Source: Candidatus Hydrogenedentota bacterium (GTDB lineage: Bacteria; Hydrogenedentota; Hydrogenedentia; Hydrogenedentales; SLHB01). Taken from it: a stretch of DNA of 53,154 nucleotides. Of the stretch, positions 1 through 9,299 are shown piece by piece. The notes beneath the pieces are model-generated. The model saw only the letters and a program-made list of their open reading frames with translations. It searched no databases and had not been told where the DNA came from. The translations under genes were made by a program, and so were the position numbers. Every line of letters starts with the position of its first letter. Positions within the stretch are counted from its first letter, which is position 1. The stretch covers positions 1-53,154 of the forward strand of contig JAWXCN010000053.1 of the NCBI GenBank assembly GCA_034408725.1. Reading direction: 5' to 3'.

Positions 1-846
1 GCAGGATACAGGCAGGTCATTCTCTATGACCTCGAGAAGCGCGCCATTCTCGGTGCGTTGCCGTTTCCCGAAGGCGAGATTTTCTCAATCACGTTTAGCG
101 TGAACGGCGAGTTACTTGTCGCTGCCGGTGGTATTTCGGGGGATTCCGGATGCGCCGTAGTATGGAACGTGCGCACAGGCGCGCGCGCGGGAACTTTCGG
201 TGAAGAATACGATTCCGTCATGGCCTGCGACATCAGCCCGGATCATACGAAAATTGCGCTGGGCATGCCCACGAAAAAGGTCAAAGTGTTCAACGTTGCC
301 GACGGCACGGAACTTTATAAGTGCGAAGACCACACCGACTGGGTGTTTTCCGTGCGGTTCAGCCCGGACGGCGAACTGCTCGCGACCGCGGACCGCGCGG
401 GCGGTTTGTTGCTGTGGCAAGCCGCCAATGGCCGGCCTGTAGAGGCATTGCGTGGCCATACCGGCGCAATTCATGACCTTTGCTACAGCACTGATTCCGT
501 TTCCCTTGCATCCGCCAGCGCCGACGGCACCATTCGCGTATGGGACACGTGGAAGTACACGCAGTCGGCGCAGTTTGCGGCGCATCCCGGCGGTGTGCTG
601 AGCGTGGACTTTGCCGACAATAATGAACTGGTCTCGACCGGAATAGACGGCCAGATGAAACGATGGGATACCGCCGGAAAGAATCTCGCAACGTATGCCG
701 CACTTGGCGACTGGGGATTCAGCGCGCGGTTTGGCGCAAAGGACGCTCTGATGCTCGCTGGCGGTTGGAATGGCGTTGTCCAGCTTTGGGACGTCGCGAC
801 CGGCACGAAAGTGGGCGAACTGCTAACGAGCGCCGCGCAATCATAG
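1..846 (+). CDS. WD40-repeat protein, 5'-partial (frame open from window start)
   Basis: Frame reads AGYRQVILYD...LGALPFPEG from base 1. Repeated GH/AH...FSPDG...W-D units (e.g. HTDWVFSVRFSPDGELLATADR, GHTGAIHDL...DGTIRVWD). Confidence 0.9.
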   Translation, partial: AGYRQVILYDLEKRAILGALPFPEGEIFSITFSVNGELLVAAGGISGDSGCAVVWNVRTGARAGTFGEEYDSVMACDISPDHTKIALGMPTKKVKVFNVADGTELYKCEDHTDWVFSVRFSPDGELLATADRAGGLLLWQAANGRPVEALRGHTGAIHDLCYSTDSVSLASASADGTIRVWDTWKYTQSAQFAAHPGGVLSVDFADNNELVSTGIDGQMKRWDTAGKNLATYAALGDWGFSARFGAKDALMLAGGWNGVVQLWDVATGTKVGELLTSAAQS

Positions 847-861
847 TTGCCATGCTACATG

Positions 862-898
862 TGCGGTAGCGCCGTCCGAAGCAGAACTCTGCTACCGC
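862..898. terminator. Inverted repeat between convergent genes (terminator- or REP-like)
   Basis: TGCGGTAGC...GCTACCGCA 9-bp arms between the WD40 and transglutaminase stop codons. Confidence 0.45.
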
Positions 899-927
899 AA
901 TACATAACGACGTCCGCGAAATCCTGA

Positions 928-1818
928 TTATGCTGGGGCGTCGCCGTCACAAGTAATGGTTACCGACACCGAAATTGTGTGCTCGCCACCACCGAGGACC
1001 ACGCCGCGAACGGGTGAGACGTCGTCGTAGTCACGGCCCCACGCCAAGGTAATGTGCTGATTGCCGGGGACAATATTGTTGGTGGGATCGAAATCGACCC
1101 AGCCGTGCTGCGGTGAGTACACGGCCAGCCATGCGTGCGAGGCTTGCGCCCCGGTAAGGTATGGCGTCCCCGCGCTGTCGCCGGAATAGATGTAACCGCT
1201 AACGTAGCGCGCGGCAAGGCCGAGCGAACGCAAGCATCCAATCTCGAGGTGCGCGAAGTCCTGGCACACGCCCCGGCGTTTTTCCATGACTTCTTTCAAT
1301 GGAGTGGAGACGGTCGTTGCGGTAGGGTCATACGTGAAGTCCCTGTTGATGCGCGAGGTCAAGTCCATTACTGCATCCAGCAACGGCCGTCCTGAAACAA
1401 ACGAAGGCAGGGCGTAGGCCCGCAGAATGGGCGCGGGCGACACAAACCGTGAATCGAATGTGAACTGGTACGCGTTTAGCGTTCGCATGTCCCTCGCGAC
1501 CGCGATGTCCGCCGGAACAGTTTCCCATGGCGGCGCCGCGGAAAAACTCACGGGTTCCGGCGCACGTGTATCTACCGCCGCAATGAGAGTAATTTCGAGA
1601 CTGTTGTGGGGTTCCTGCACGGTGAAGTACGAGACTTCATTGCCGAAATAATCCATCCGCGGGGCGCCGAAGAGCGCGGTTACCGGCATTACTTCCACGC
1701 GATGCGCGCCGACGCGCTGGTTCGTGGTGTCGCGCGGCGTCAGGTACGCGCGGTTATAACAAATCGGCACGGTTTCACTGTAATCGTAGCGGGTGCTGTG
1801 CCGGACGTGATAGGTCAT
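928..1818 (-). CDS. Transglutaminase family protein (Bact_transglu_N + core)
   Basis: MTYHVRHSTRYDY start. Catalytic GVCQDFAH, SHAW and FDPTN, plus GRDYDDVSP. ATGA overlap with the upstream gene. Confidence 0.93.
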   Translation of the reverse strand: MTYHVRHSTRYDYSETVPICYNRAYLTPRDTTNQRVGAHRVEVMPVTALFGAPRMDYFGNEVSYFTVQEPHNSLEITLIAAVDTRAPEPVSFSAAPPWETVPADIAVARDMRTLNAYQFTFDSRFVSPAPILRAYALPSFVSGRPLLDAVMDLTSRINRDFTYDPTATTVSTPLKEVMEKRRGVCQDFAHLEIGCLRSLGLAARYVSGYIYSGDSAGTPYLTGAQASHAWLAVYSPQHGWVDFDPTNNIVPGNQHITLAWGRDYDDVSPVRGVVLGGGEHTISVSVTITCDGDAPA

Positions 1819-4361
1819 GTGTTCGACTCCGGACTCAGCGTGGTGACGTAGCGAGAGAATTCGGTGTGGGTGAAGTAGTGCCACGCAAGGGCCTCTGAAA
1901 TGTCCCGCAAGGTGCGCGACCAATCAGTGAGCCGTGTTTCGAGAGACACGCGGCGGCCAGGAGGCAGGGTCGTTGCAAGTTCGAAGATATCGGTTAATCG
2001 CAGGTCCGCGGCAAGCCGGGTTGCGAATTGTTGCTCGCGGCTGGCAAACGGATAGGACTTCTCGCGCGGCAGGCCATCGATGTGCCGGGCCAGGCGTTCC
2101 ACCTGAAAGGCCACGCCACGTGGGTTTGATTCATCCGTAATCAAGAGGTCAAGCACCGCCGGCGCTTGGAGGTTTCCACCGTATCGCGAGCGGTATGTCA
2201 TCGAGCTGTCCGCAATTTCCAGGGCGGCCTGCAATACAGCGGTTTCGGGTTCTACCGGAAACACCAGTGTAGACCGCAGCAACTCGAGCGTGTTCAGCGT
2301 GCGTTCGACGCGGCGTCCAATATCGAGGAATCGCCAGCCTTGGCCGCGGGTCATGTTTTCCATCGCAAGCCCGCTGAACGCGGCAAGCCCGGTGATAAGC
2401 TGGTTCAACAGGGAAAGCGCCTCGCTAAGCCGTGGTAGATGCGCGCCGTTATCAGGCAGGTCTTCAACCAACCGGCTGAGCACGCGCCACGTGTCCAGGG
2501 AGAGTCTGTCGCGCACAACCCACGCTGCGCGGTTCAATCGTGTGAAGGCAGACTGCACACTGTTGGGCCAAGTTGCGTCGAACAGCGCGGCAACGCTCGA
2601 GCGCTCGACTGCCTTTTCGTCCAACTCGGGTTGGAACCAGTTCTGGCCTTGCGAATTCGGAAGCACCAGCCCAAGGCCACGAATCACCGCCGACAATTCT
2701 TTACCGGACGCGCCACTATTTTCTTCCGTGAGCCGCGAGATCACGCACCGCACAATCCGGATGGTCGCCTCCGCGCGTTCGAGGTAACGACCGAGCCAAT
2801 ATAGATTGTCCGCCGCCCGGCTGGGCAGATTACTAAACGTGCGTTTTATTTCTATGCGCTGGCCCGCTGGCGGCAACAGCGAATATGTGTCGACAAGTCC
2901 CGTTGTGCGCGCCCAGGTATCCTTGGTGCCGCCGCCACGCTGCATAGAGATGACAAGCGAATCGGGCGATTCAGAAAATCGCGTCAGTCCTCCCGGCATG
3001 ACGGTATAGCTGTCGCCGGCATTTGCCGCCGCAAATGAGCGCAGCATCATGTAGCGCGGCACAAGGCCGTTGCCATTCCAGACGGGCACCGTAGACGGCG
3101 TGATGCGTTCCTGTGCGACATAGTTGAACGGTTTTACGCGGATCGCGTCGCGCAGCGCCGAGCGTTCGGTCGTGGTCAACGATTCGACGATGACGGGATT
3201 CCACCCGTTGCTCGAAAAAGCCGGGGCGATTAACAGGCCCTCGAAATTATCCTGCACGTATTTGAAATGCTCCGGGTCGGCGCACCACCACGTGCGCACC
3301 GAGGGCAGTTTCAGGTCTTCTCCAAGCACGTGTTTGCACAACCCCGGCAACAACGCGCGCAGCGCGGGCGCTTCCAACAATCCGCTGCCGAGTGGATTCG
3401 CGATGGCCACATTTCCACTTCGCGTGGCTTGCAGCACGCCGACAAGTCCGGAACTAGACTCTAATCCGAATTCGAGCGGATCGCATCGTTGGTCATCCAT
3501 GCGCCGGAGAATTACGTCTACACGCGACAACCCTTCGACGGTCTTCAGGTACACGCATCCATCGCGCACGGTAAGGTCTTCGTCCTGCACCAGGGTGAAT
3601 CCGAGGTAGCGGGCGAGGTATGAATGCTCGAAATACGATTCGTGCGCCGGCCCCGGCGACAACAGCACGATGGACGGATTGTCCCTGCCCGCCGGCGTGA
3701 GTTCGCGCAGCATGGTGCGGAACCGCTCGAAGAAAACCGCCAATCGCCGCACGCGGCATTCGTGCGTCGCGGCGGGAAAGGTGCGGGTGGTGACTAGCCG
3801 GTTTTCCAGGGCGTATCCGGCGCCCGATGGCGCCTGGGTACGATCTGCAACGGCCATCCAGGCGCCATCGCGGCCACGCGCGATGTCTACGGCGTAGGCA
3901 TACAGGACATGGGCCTTGGTGGCGTACATTCCGTGGCATGCCCGCAAAAATGCCGGGTTCGCATACACAAACGCGGGGGGAACGCATCGATCCGTGAGCA
4001 GGCGTTGCGGGCCGTACAAATCGCGCAGCAAATGGTCGAGCAGCACCGCGCGCTGTTCGATACCGGCTTCGAGCGTTGCCCACTCTGCTTCGGCGTGAAT
4101 TTGGGGGACGAGATCAACGGCCCAGGGACGATTGCCGTCTTTCGGGTCTCCATACACGTTGTACGACACACCGTTTTCTTCTATAAGCGCGCTGGCCTGA
4201 TCGTATCGTTGTTGCAAATCTCCCGCGCCGGCCGAATCGATCATGCCGGTGAAATCGACCCAGTGCTCGCGCACCGAGCCATCTGCTTCTACCATTTCGT
4301 CGAATCTGCCGGGATGCGTCTTGTACGACGCAAACACGGAATGCGTGGTGGTTGATTGCAT
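1815..4361 (-). CDS. Circularly permuted type 2 ATP-grasp + alpha-E domain fusion
   Basis: DRTQAPSGAGYALENR, EHSYLARYLG, VMPGGLTR and GGGTKDTW, followed by alpha-E motifs SRAADNLYWLGRYLERAE and GWRFLDIGRRVER. Confidence 0.92.
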   Translation of the reverse strand: MQSTTTHSVFASYKTHPGRFDEMVEADGSVREHWVDFTGMIDSAGAGDLQQRYDQASALIEENGVSYNVYGDPKDGNRPWAVDLVPQIHAEAEWATLEAGIEQRAVLLDHLLRDLYGPQRLLTDRCVPPAFVYANPAFLRACHGMYATKAHVLYAYAVDIARGRDGAWMAVADRTQAPSGAGYALENRLVTTRTFPAATHECRVRRLAVFFERFRTMLRELTPAGRDNPSIVLLSPGPAHESYFEHSYLARYLGFTLVQDEDLTVRDGCVYLKTVEGLSRVDVILRRMDDQRCDPLEFGLESSSGLVGVLQATRSGNVAIANPLGSGLLEAPALRALLPGLCKHVLGEDLKLPSVRTWWCADPEHFKYVQDNFEGLLIAPAFSSNGWNPVIVESLTTTERSALRDAIRVKPFNYVAQERITPSTVPVWNGNGLVPRYMMLRSFAAANAGDSYTVMPGGLTRFSESPDSLVISMQRGGGTKDTWARTTGLVDTYSLLPPAGQRIEIKRTFSNLPSRAADNLYWLGRYLERAEATIRIVRCVISRLTEENSGASGKELSAVIRGLGLVLPNSQGQNWFQPELDEKAVERSSVAALFDATWPNSVQSAFTRLNRAAWVVRDRLSLDTWRVLSRLVEDLPDNGAHLPRLSEALSLLNQLITGLAAFSGLAMENMTRGQGWRFLDIGRRVERTLNTLELLRSTLVFPVEPETAVLQAALEIADSSMTYRSRYGGNLQAPAVLDLLITDESNPRGVAFQVERLARHIDGLPREKSYPFASREQQFATRLAADLRLTDIFELATTLPPGRRVSLETRLTDWSRTLRDISEALAWHYFTHTEFSRYVTTLSPESNT

Positions 4362-4424
4362 GGTGTGGTCCGTGTTTATTACCGTGAACGCGATAGTGTA
4401 GCAAATTCCACCGCGCGGAAAGGA

Positions 4425-5057
4425 CTAGTCCTCCACGGACAGCGGGCTGGTCTCCAAAACGGGTGGTGCATCCGACAAGGGCGCTTCCGTCGTGAATGTA
4501 AATTCCATTTGCAGATTCCGCACGAGTTTGTACCGCTTCAACAGGCGCAGCGTTTGCAGGGTATCTGACATTGCGTAGTTCGTGTTCGCGTCCACGTGTT
4601 CCAGCATGTCGCGCAGGAGCAACGGGAATTCCATTACGTGACCCACGCCTGTCTGTTGCAGCAGCTCAAGTGAGCGGCTCCGCAACTCCGGGGTTGCCGG
4701 AAGTTCCGATACGACCAGAATCGTTTCGTACTTATGGTGTTGAAACACTTCTGCGGCGAATGCGTCGTGCGACACAAACTCGTACAGGACAGGATTTGCC
4801 TCAATAAGGGAAGGGTAGAACCTGTCGGCATGCCACGCGCGCACCTCGACCACGGCGCGTTCGATCACGTGCATGTCGCCAGGCAGCAATAGAAATGGCA
4901 GGTCGCGTTGCGGCGCAACGGCGGGGTTGTATACGAAGAGTTGACCGGCATGCTCGTTCGAACGCGGCCGGCGCGCCGAGTGTTGCCAATTCGTGAGCAC
5001 GTGAAACAGGTTGAGCTCGAAGAACTCTCGCACCAGTTGGACGTTGACGTCGCCCAT
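4425..5057 (-). CDS. Conserved hypothetical protein, possible PD-(D/E)xK-like fold
   Basis: Last gene of the aroB operon. N-terminal VREFFELN and AVVEVRAWH motifs. Confidence 0.7.
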   Translation of the reverse strand: MGDVNVQLVREFFELNLFHVLTNWQHSARRPRSNEHAGQLFVYNPAVAPQRDLPFLLLPGDMHVIERAVVEVRAWHADRFYPSLIEANPVLYEFVSHDAFAAEVFQHHKYETILVVSELPATPELRSRSLELLQQTGVGHVMEFPLLLRDMLEHVDANTNYAMSDTLQTLRLLKRYKLVRNLQMEFTFTTEAPLSDAPPVLETSPLSVED

Positions 5058-5099
5058 TTCATTTACCCCGGGTTGATTCGGCGGATGCAACGCGCGTTG

Positions 5100-5930
5100 C
5101 TACAGCTCCGACATCGCTTTGCCAAGCTTATGGTTCGGGTCTTGCCCGATTATGCGTTTTCCCATCTCGGCCGCGCGATCCAGCCTTCCCAATCTCTGGT
5201 AACACAGGCCCAGCTTTGCCCAGATATCGACCTGCGTGAACGATTCGCCAAAGGCTGTGTATACCTTGTTCGGATCCTTGCTATCGGTCCGATCGTCCGC
5301 GGCGCGATAATGTTCCAGGGCGCTTGGCAATTGATCGCGCGTGAAACAGACCTCGCCCCGCAGAAAGTGAGACTCGGGCTGGTCCGGCTGCACTTCGATC
5401 GATTTCTGTAACACGCGCTCCGCTGCGTCGAGCGATTCTTTGGCCAGTATTTCCTCGCCGGCAAGCCGCGCCGCACGGCCAGCAAGATACAACGCGGAAA
5501 AATTCGATCCGCCGCCCGCGCCGGCGTTGCGCGCCTGAATGACTGCGGTTGCCCAATCGCCTTCGTTGAAGGAACACTGCGCCAACCCAAGCAGCGCGCG
5601 GGTATTGGCGGGATCAAGGCTGTAAAGTTGCTCAAACTCGCGGCGCGCCTCGCGCGTCTTGCCGGTTGCAAGCAGTGCGAAGCCGAGGTCCAGCCGCGCG
5701 GGACCGAGGTTTGGGCGTTTCTGGACGACCTGTATGAGTATATCGACGGCGCGTTGCGTCTGCCCAAGACGCAAGTAGCATTTACCGAGTTGGTGATACG
5801 CCACCGCGTAGCCGTTATCGAGATGAATCGCGCGTTCAAAACATGCGATGGCGCGGGCAATATCGCCCTTCTTGCTGGCGGTCAACCCGTCATCATAATA
5901 ACTTTCCGCATTTTCGCCGCCGAACGCCAT
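5100..5930 (-). CDS. Tetratricopeptide repeat protein
   Basis: Multiple TPR units (AYHQLGKCYLRLGQTQRA, ARLDLGFALL, ALLGLAQC). Confidence 0.9.
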   Translation of the reverse strand: MAFGGENAESYYDDGLTASKKGDIARAIACFERAIHLDNGYAVAYHQLGKCYLRLGQTQRAVDILIQVVQKRPNLGPARLDLGFALLATGKTREARREFEQLYSLDPANTRALLGLAQCSFNEGDWATAVIQARNAGAGGGSNFSALYLAGRAARLAGEEILAKESLDAAERVLQKSIEVQPDQPESHFLRGEVCFTRDQLPSALEHYRAADDRTDSKDPNKVYTAFGESFTQVDIWAKLGLCYQRLGRLDRAAEMGKRIIGQDPNHKLGKAMSEL

Positions 5931-5940
5931 GCGCTTACCC

Positions 5941-7047
5941 CTACGCCGTCCGGACCGCGGCGAGTGCCGCCCGCGCTTGCGCGATTTTAACGTCGGTCCG
6001 GTGAACGACGTGTCCCAGGCGGTCCGGCAAAATGAATTTCATTGTGCCCGCGCGCACTTTTTTATCGTGCCGCATGGCCTCAATCACGTCGTCCACGGGC
6101 ATTTCCGGCCACGCGGTTGGCAGGCCATATGCTGCGAGGCACGCGTGTTGGCGCGCGACAAACTGCCGATCCACCATGCCGAGATCGCGGGCAAGATTCG
6201 CCGCAGCGCACATCCCGATCGAGATTGCTTCCCCGTGCAGAAATACTGTGAAATTGGATGCTGCTTCAATACCATGCCCGAAGGTGTGGCCGTAGTTGAG
6301 GTTCGCGCGCACGCCGTGTTCCTGTTCATCTTCCGAGACTATCGCAGACTTGATCTCGCAGGAACGGCGGACAGGATACTCGATAGCGTCCAGGTCCTTC
6401 GCTAGAATGGAATCCACGTTGCGCTCCATGTATGCGAACAGGTCCGCATCCGCGATGACGCCGTGCTTGATCACCTCGGCGAGGCCCACGCGCAGTTCTC
6501 GATCTGGCAGCGTCTTCAGGAAATCGAGATCGATGATTACGGTAGAAGGTTGGTGAAACGCGCCGATGATGTTTTTTGCGAGCGCGTGGTTCACCGCGGT
6601 CTTGCCACCAACACTTGAATCCACCTGCGCGACGACGGTCGTCGGAATTTGAATATACCGTATGCCGCGCATGAATGACGCGGCGGCAAAGCCCACTACG
6701 TCACCCACGACGCCTCCGCCGAGCGCGATCACGATACTGGATCGGTCCAGCCCGGCCTTCAGAAATTCGCCGATGAATAAATCGATTTGCGCGATCCGTT
6801 TGTTGGGCTCGCCCGCGGGCATCGTGCAGACACCGCAGTTCAAGCCAGCGCCGCGCACGATGCCCGCTATGCGTTCGGCGTGCAACGGCGCAACGATATC
6901 ATCGCTTGCCAGCATTACAGCGCCCTTTGTGTCGAGCGCGCGCAGCACATCGCCGAGGCATTCGATCGCACCTGCGCCAACATGTATGGGATATGCGCGC
7001 GCGCCAAGGGCCACGTCGATGGTCGTTATGCTGTTCGCGCCCATCAA
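5941..7047 (-). CDS. aroB: 3-dehydroquinate synthase
   Basis: ALGGGVVGDVVGFAAASFMRG, QVDSSVGGKTAVNH, KNIIGAFHQP, LNYGHTFGH, HGEA, DKK. Confidence 0.97.
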   Translation of the reverse strand: MMGANSITTIDVALGARAYPIHVGAGAIECLGDVLRALDTKGAVMLASDDIVAPLHAERIAGIVRGAGLNCGVCTMPAGEPNKRIAQIDLFIGEFLKAGLDRSSIVIALGGGVVGDVVGFAAASFMRGIRYIQIPTTVVAQVDSSVGGKTAVNHALAKNIIGAFHQPSTVIIDLDFLKTLPDRELRVGLAEVIKHGVIADADLFAYMERNVDSILAKDLDAIEYPVRRSCEIKSAIVSEDEQEHGVRANLNYGHTFGHGIEAASNFTVFLHGEAISIGMCAAANLARDLGMVDRQFVARQHACLAAYGLPTAWPEMPVDDVIEAMRHDKKVRAGTMKFILPDRLGHVVHRTDVKIAQARAALAAVRTA

Positions 7048-8075
7048 TGCTTTACCTTCACCGACTTCCCGGTGTTAAACGAGCGTTCAGCGGCGAAAAT
7101 AATCTCAAGTGACTTGCGGCCTTCTTCGCCCGTACAAAACGGCTCTTCAAGCCCAAGCGCCGCGCGAACAAACCCCGCGCTGACACCAAGTCCCCACGAA
7201 CCGGGATAGTCGCTAAGCGGCGCGGGTAAATCGAATACGATCTCGCACGTAGGTTTGACGAGATGCGCGACAAGCGGCTTGTCCGGCTGCACGCCAACTT
7301 GGAGTGTGCCGTTTTCACAATGCAGAATCGTGTAGCTCGCCGACGTGCCCTTGATAGTCCACGATGCGCACAAGGTGCCTACGGTGCCGTCGGTGAAGCG
7401 GAGCGCGGACACAAAATTGTCCTCGACGTCGCACTTCTTCTTTTCGAGGCAGGCGGTGTATGCGGAGATGTCGGCGACTTCCTTGCCCGTAAGAAAGCGG
7501 ATCAAATCGGCTTTATGCACTCCCAAATCGGCCATCGCGCCGAAGCGGGCATGTTTCTTTTTGAAAAACCACTTGCCCGCCGGACTCCAGTGTTCTGGGC
7601 CTTCGTGGCCGAACATGCCGGTGACGTGAAGGATGCGGCCAAGCACGCCGCTCGCTACCACTTCGCGCGCCTTGCGGTGCAACGCGGACCTGCGCTGCGC
7701 CTGGTTGACCATGAGCAGTTTCTTCGCCTTGCGCGCTTCGTTGCACATGGCCGTGGTCTCCGCGGATGTCGCCGCCATGGGTTTCTCGACCATGACGTGA
7801 CAGCCCGCGCGCAACGCGGCAATAGTCACTGGCGCGTGAAGATAATTTGGCAGCGCTACAGTGACGCCATCGAGCTTTTCGGTGGCGAGCATTTTCCGGT
7901 AATCAGTGTAGACCGCGGACTTCGGCGCAAACTGCGCCGCCATGCGCTCCGCCAGCTCGCGGTTTGCGTCACAAACGGCGGTAATCTCCGCCTCGGGACA
8001 TGCAACGTAATCGGGAAGATGAAGTATCTCCGCAATCTTGCCGCAACCGATCATCCCCGCTCGAAACTTCGTCAT
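7044..8075 (-). CDS. Gfo/Idh/MocA family oxidoreductase
   Basis: GMIGCGKIA Rossmann motif, HVMVEKPMA, GAMADLGVHKAD. Confidence 0.93.
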   Translation of the reverse strand: MTKFRAGMIGCGKIAEILHLPDYVACPEAEITAVCDANRELAERMAAQFAPKSAVYTDYRKMLATEKLDGVTVALPNYLHAPVTIAALRAGCHVMVEKPMAATSAETTAMCNEARKAKKLLMVNQAQRRSALHRKAREVVASGVLGRILHVTGMFGHEGPEHWSPAGKWFFKKKHARFGAMADLGVHKADLIRFLTGKEVADISAYTACLEKKKCDVEDNFVSALRFTDGTVGTLCASWTIKGTSASYTILHCENGTLQVGVQPDKPLVAHLVKPTCEIVFDLPAPLSDYPGSWGLGVSAGFVRAALGLEEPFCTGEEGRKSLEIIFAAERSFNTGKSVKVKH

Positions 8076-8251
8076 GCAATCACTCCAGCCCACTGCCCCA
8101 ACGCACCGTCCAGCATTCTACTGGCTCGCCGAGCAACGGGGCAAATGGAGAGAATGCCGAGGTGGGTAAGGCAACTCCCTGCACAATTCATCGATTTTAA
8201 TCTGCACGTGCCTCCGCGAACTACTTATAAGCCGTATATGGGTTAATTCGC

Positions 8252-8272
8252 GTGGCTACATTGTGTAGTCAC
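8252..8272. promoter_or_regulatory. Candidate palindromic operator upstream of the oxidoreductase-aroB operon
   Basis: GTGGCTACA-TTG-TGTAGTCAC, 8 of 9 positions in dyad symmetry, in an AT-richer intergenic region. Confidence 0.4.
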
Positions 8273-8393
8273 CGCTTTGCAGTGCAACACTTCACACTAA
8301 TAGGTAAAGGTACGCAGTGCTTTCGCCTCGGAGTCAATACCATGCGGGCTTAACGCGGAGTACGATGATGAATGTGATTCAATGTTGCTCTTA

Positions 8394-8419
8394 AATCTGC
8401 GTGAATCTGCGCAATCTGC
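8394..8419 (+). repeat. Short tandem repeat AATCTGCG x3
   Basis: AATCTGCGTG-AATCTGCGC-AATCTGCG just downstream of the dedA stop. Confidence 0.7.
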
Positions 8420-8436
8420 GGACTGCGATTTTGGTG

Positions 8437-9093
8437 TTACTCCACCGGCGGGCCGCTCTCCGTCGCCTTGCGCCTATTTAGCCACACGCGGCCAAATTCA
8501 AAAACCGCAGGCAGCACCGAGATGATGATGATAGCGACAACAACGATTGAAAAATTGTCCTTGACGATGGGGACGTTGGCGAAGAAATAACCGCCGAGGG
8601 TCAACAGGAATACCCACAGCACGCCTCCAGCGATATTGTACGTGAGAAATTTCCCGTAGCTCATCTGCCCGACGCCGGCGACGAATGGCGCGAACGTGCG
8701 CACGATTGGCACGAACCGCGCGATAATGATTGTTGAAGGGCCGTACCGTTCGTAGAATTCGTGGGTGCGTTCGATATGTTTTCGATTGATGAACCGCGCG
8801 TGTTCACCGAACACCTGGCCGAGTTTGTAATTTACGCTGTCTCCGACCACGGCGGCGATCGTCAGCGAGACCAGAAGGATGGTGATATCCAGCGAGCCGT
8901 TCGCGGCAAACACCCCCGCCGCAAACAGCAGTGAATCGCCCGGAAGGAATGGGGTCACGACGAGTCCTGTTTCGCAGAATACGATGATAAAAAGAATGAC
9001 GTGGGTGAACGCGCCGTACTGCGAAATGATCGCGGTCAAATGCTTGTCGAGGTGCAGAAACAGGTCGATAAGGTCTTTAATTATCTCTACCAA
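8437..9093 (-). CDS. dedA: DedA family membrane protein
   Basis: FCETGLVVTPFLPGDSLLFAAG and ARFVPIVRTFAPFVAG. Start codon uncertain (TTG at 9093). Confidence 0.93.
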   Translation of the reverse strand: MVEIIKDLIDLFLHLDKHLTAIISQYGAFTHVILFIIVFCETGLVVTPFLPGDSLLFAAGVFAANGSLDITILLVSLTIAAVVGDSVNYKLGQVFGEHARFINRKHIERTHEFYERYGPSTIIIARFVPIVRTFAPFVAGVGQMSYGKFLTYNIAGGVLWVFLLTLGGYFFANVPIVKDNFSIVVVAIIIISVLPAVFEFGRVWLNRRKATESGPPVE

Positions 9094-9299
9094 GGGAACT
9101 ACCTTTCGTACCGCGGAATTTTCTGTCAAAGGCGCGATAGTATACCCAACTCTTCCGCGAATATCAGAATCGCATCTACCCGGACAGGGCCGTCCATTGA
9201 TTCAATGCGCAATCACTTCGTATCATGGTGCGATATGCCAACCACACTTGATTTTCCGCATTTTCCGGTGTTCCGCGCTGGCGGTCTGGAACGATAGAC

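Noticed and set aside
7263..8246. 327-aa plus-strand ORF
   Set aside because: Antisense to the Gfo/Idh/MocA gene; typical of GC-rich DNA.
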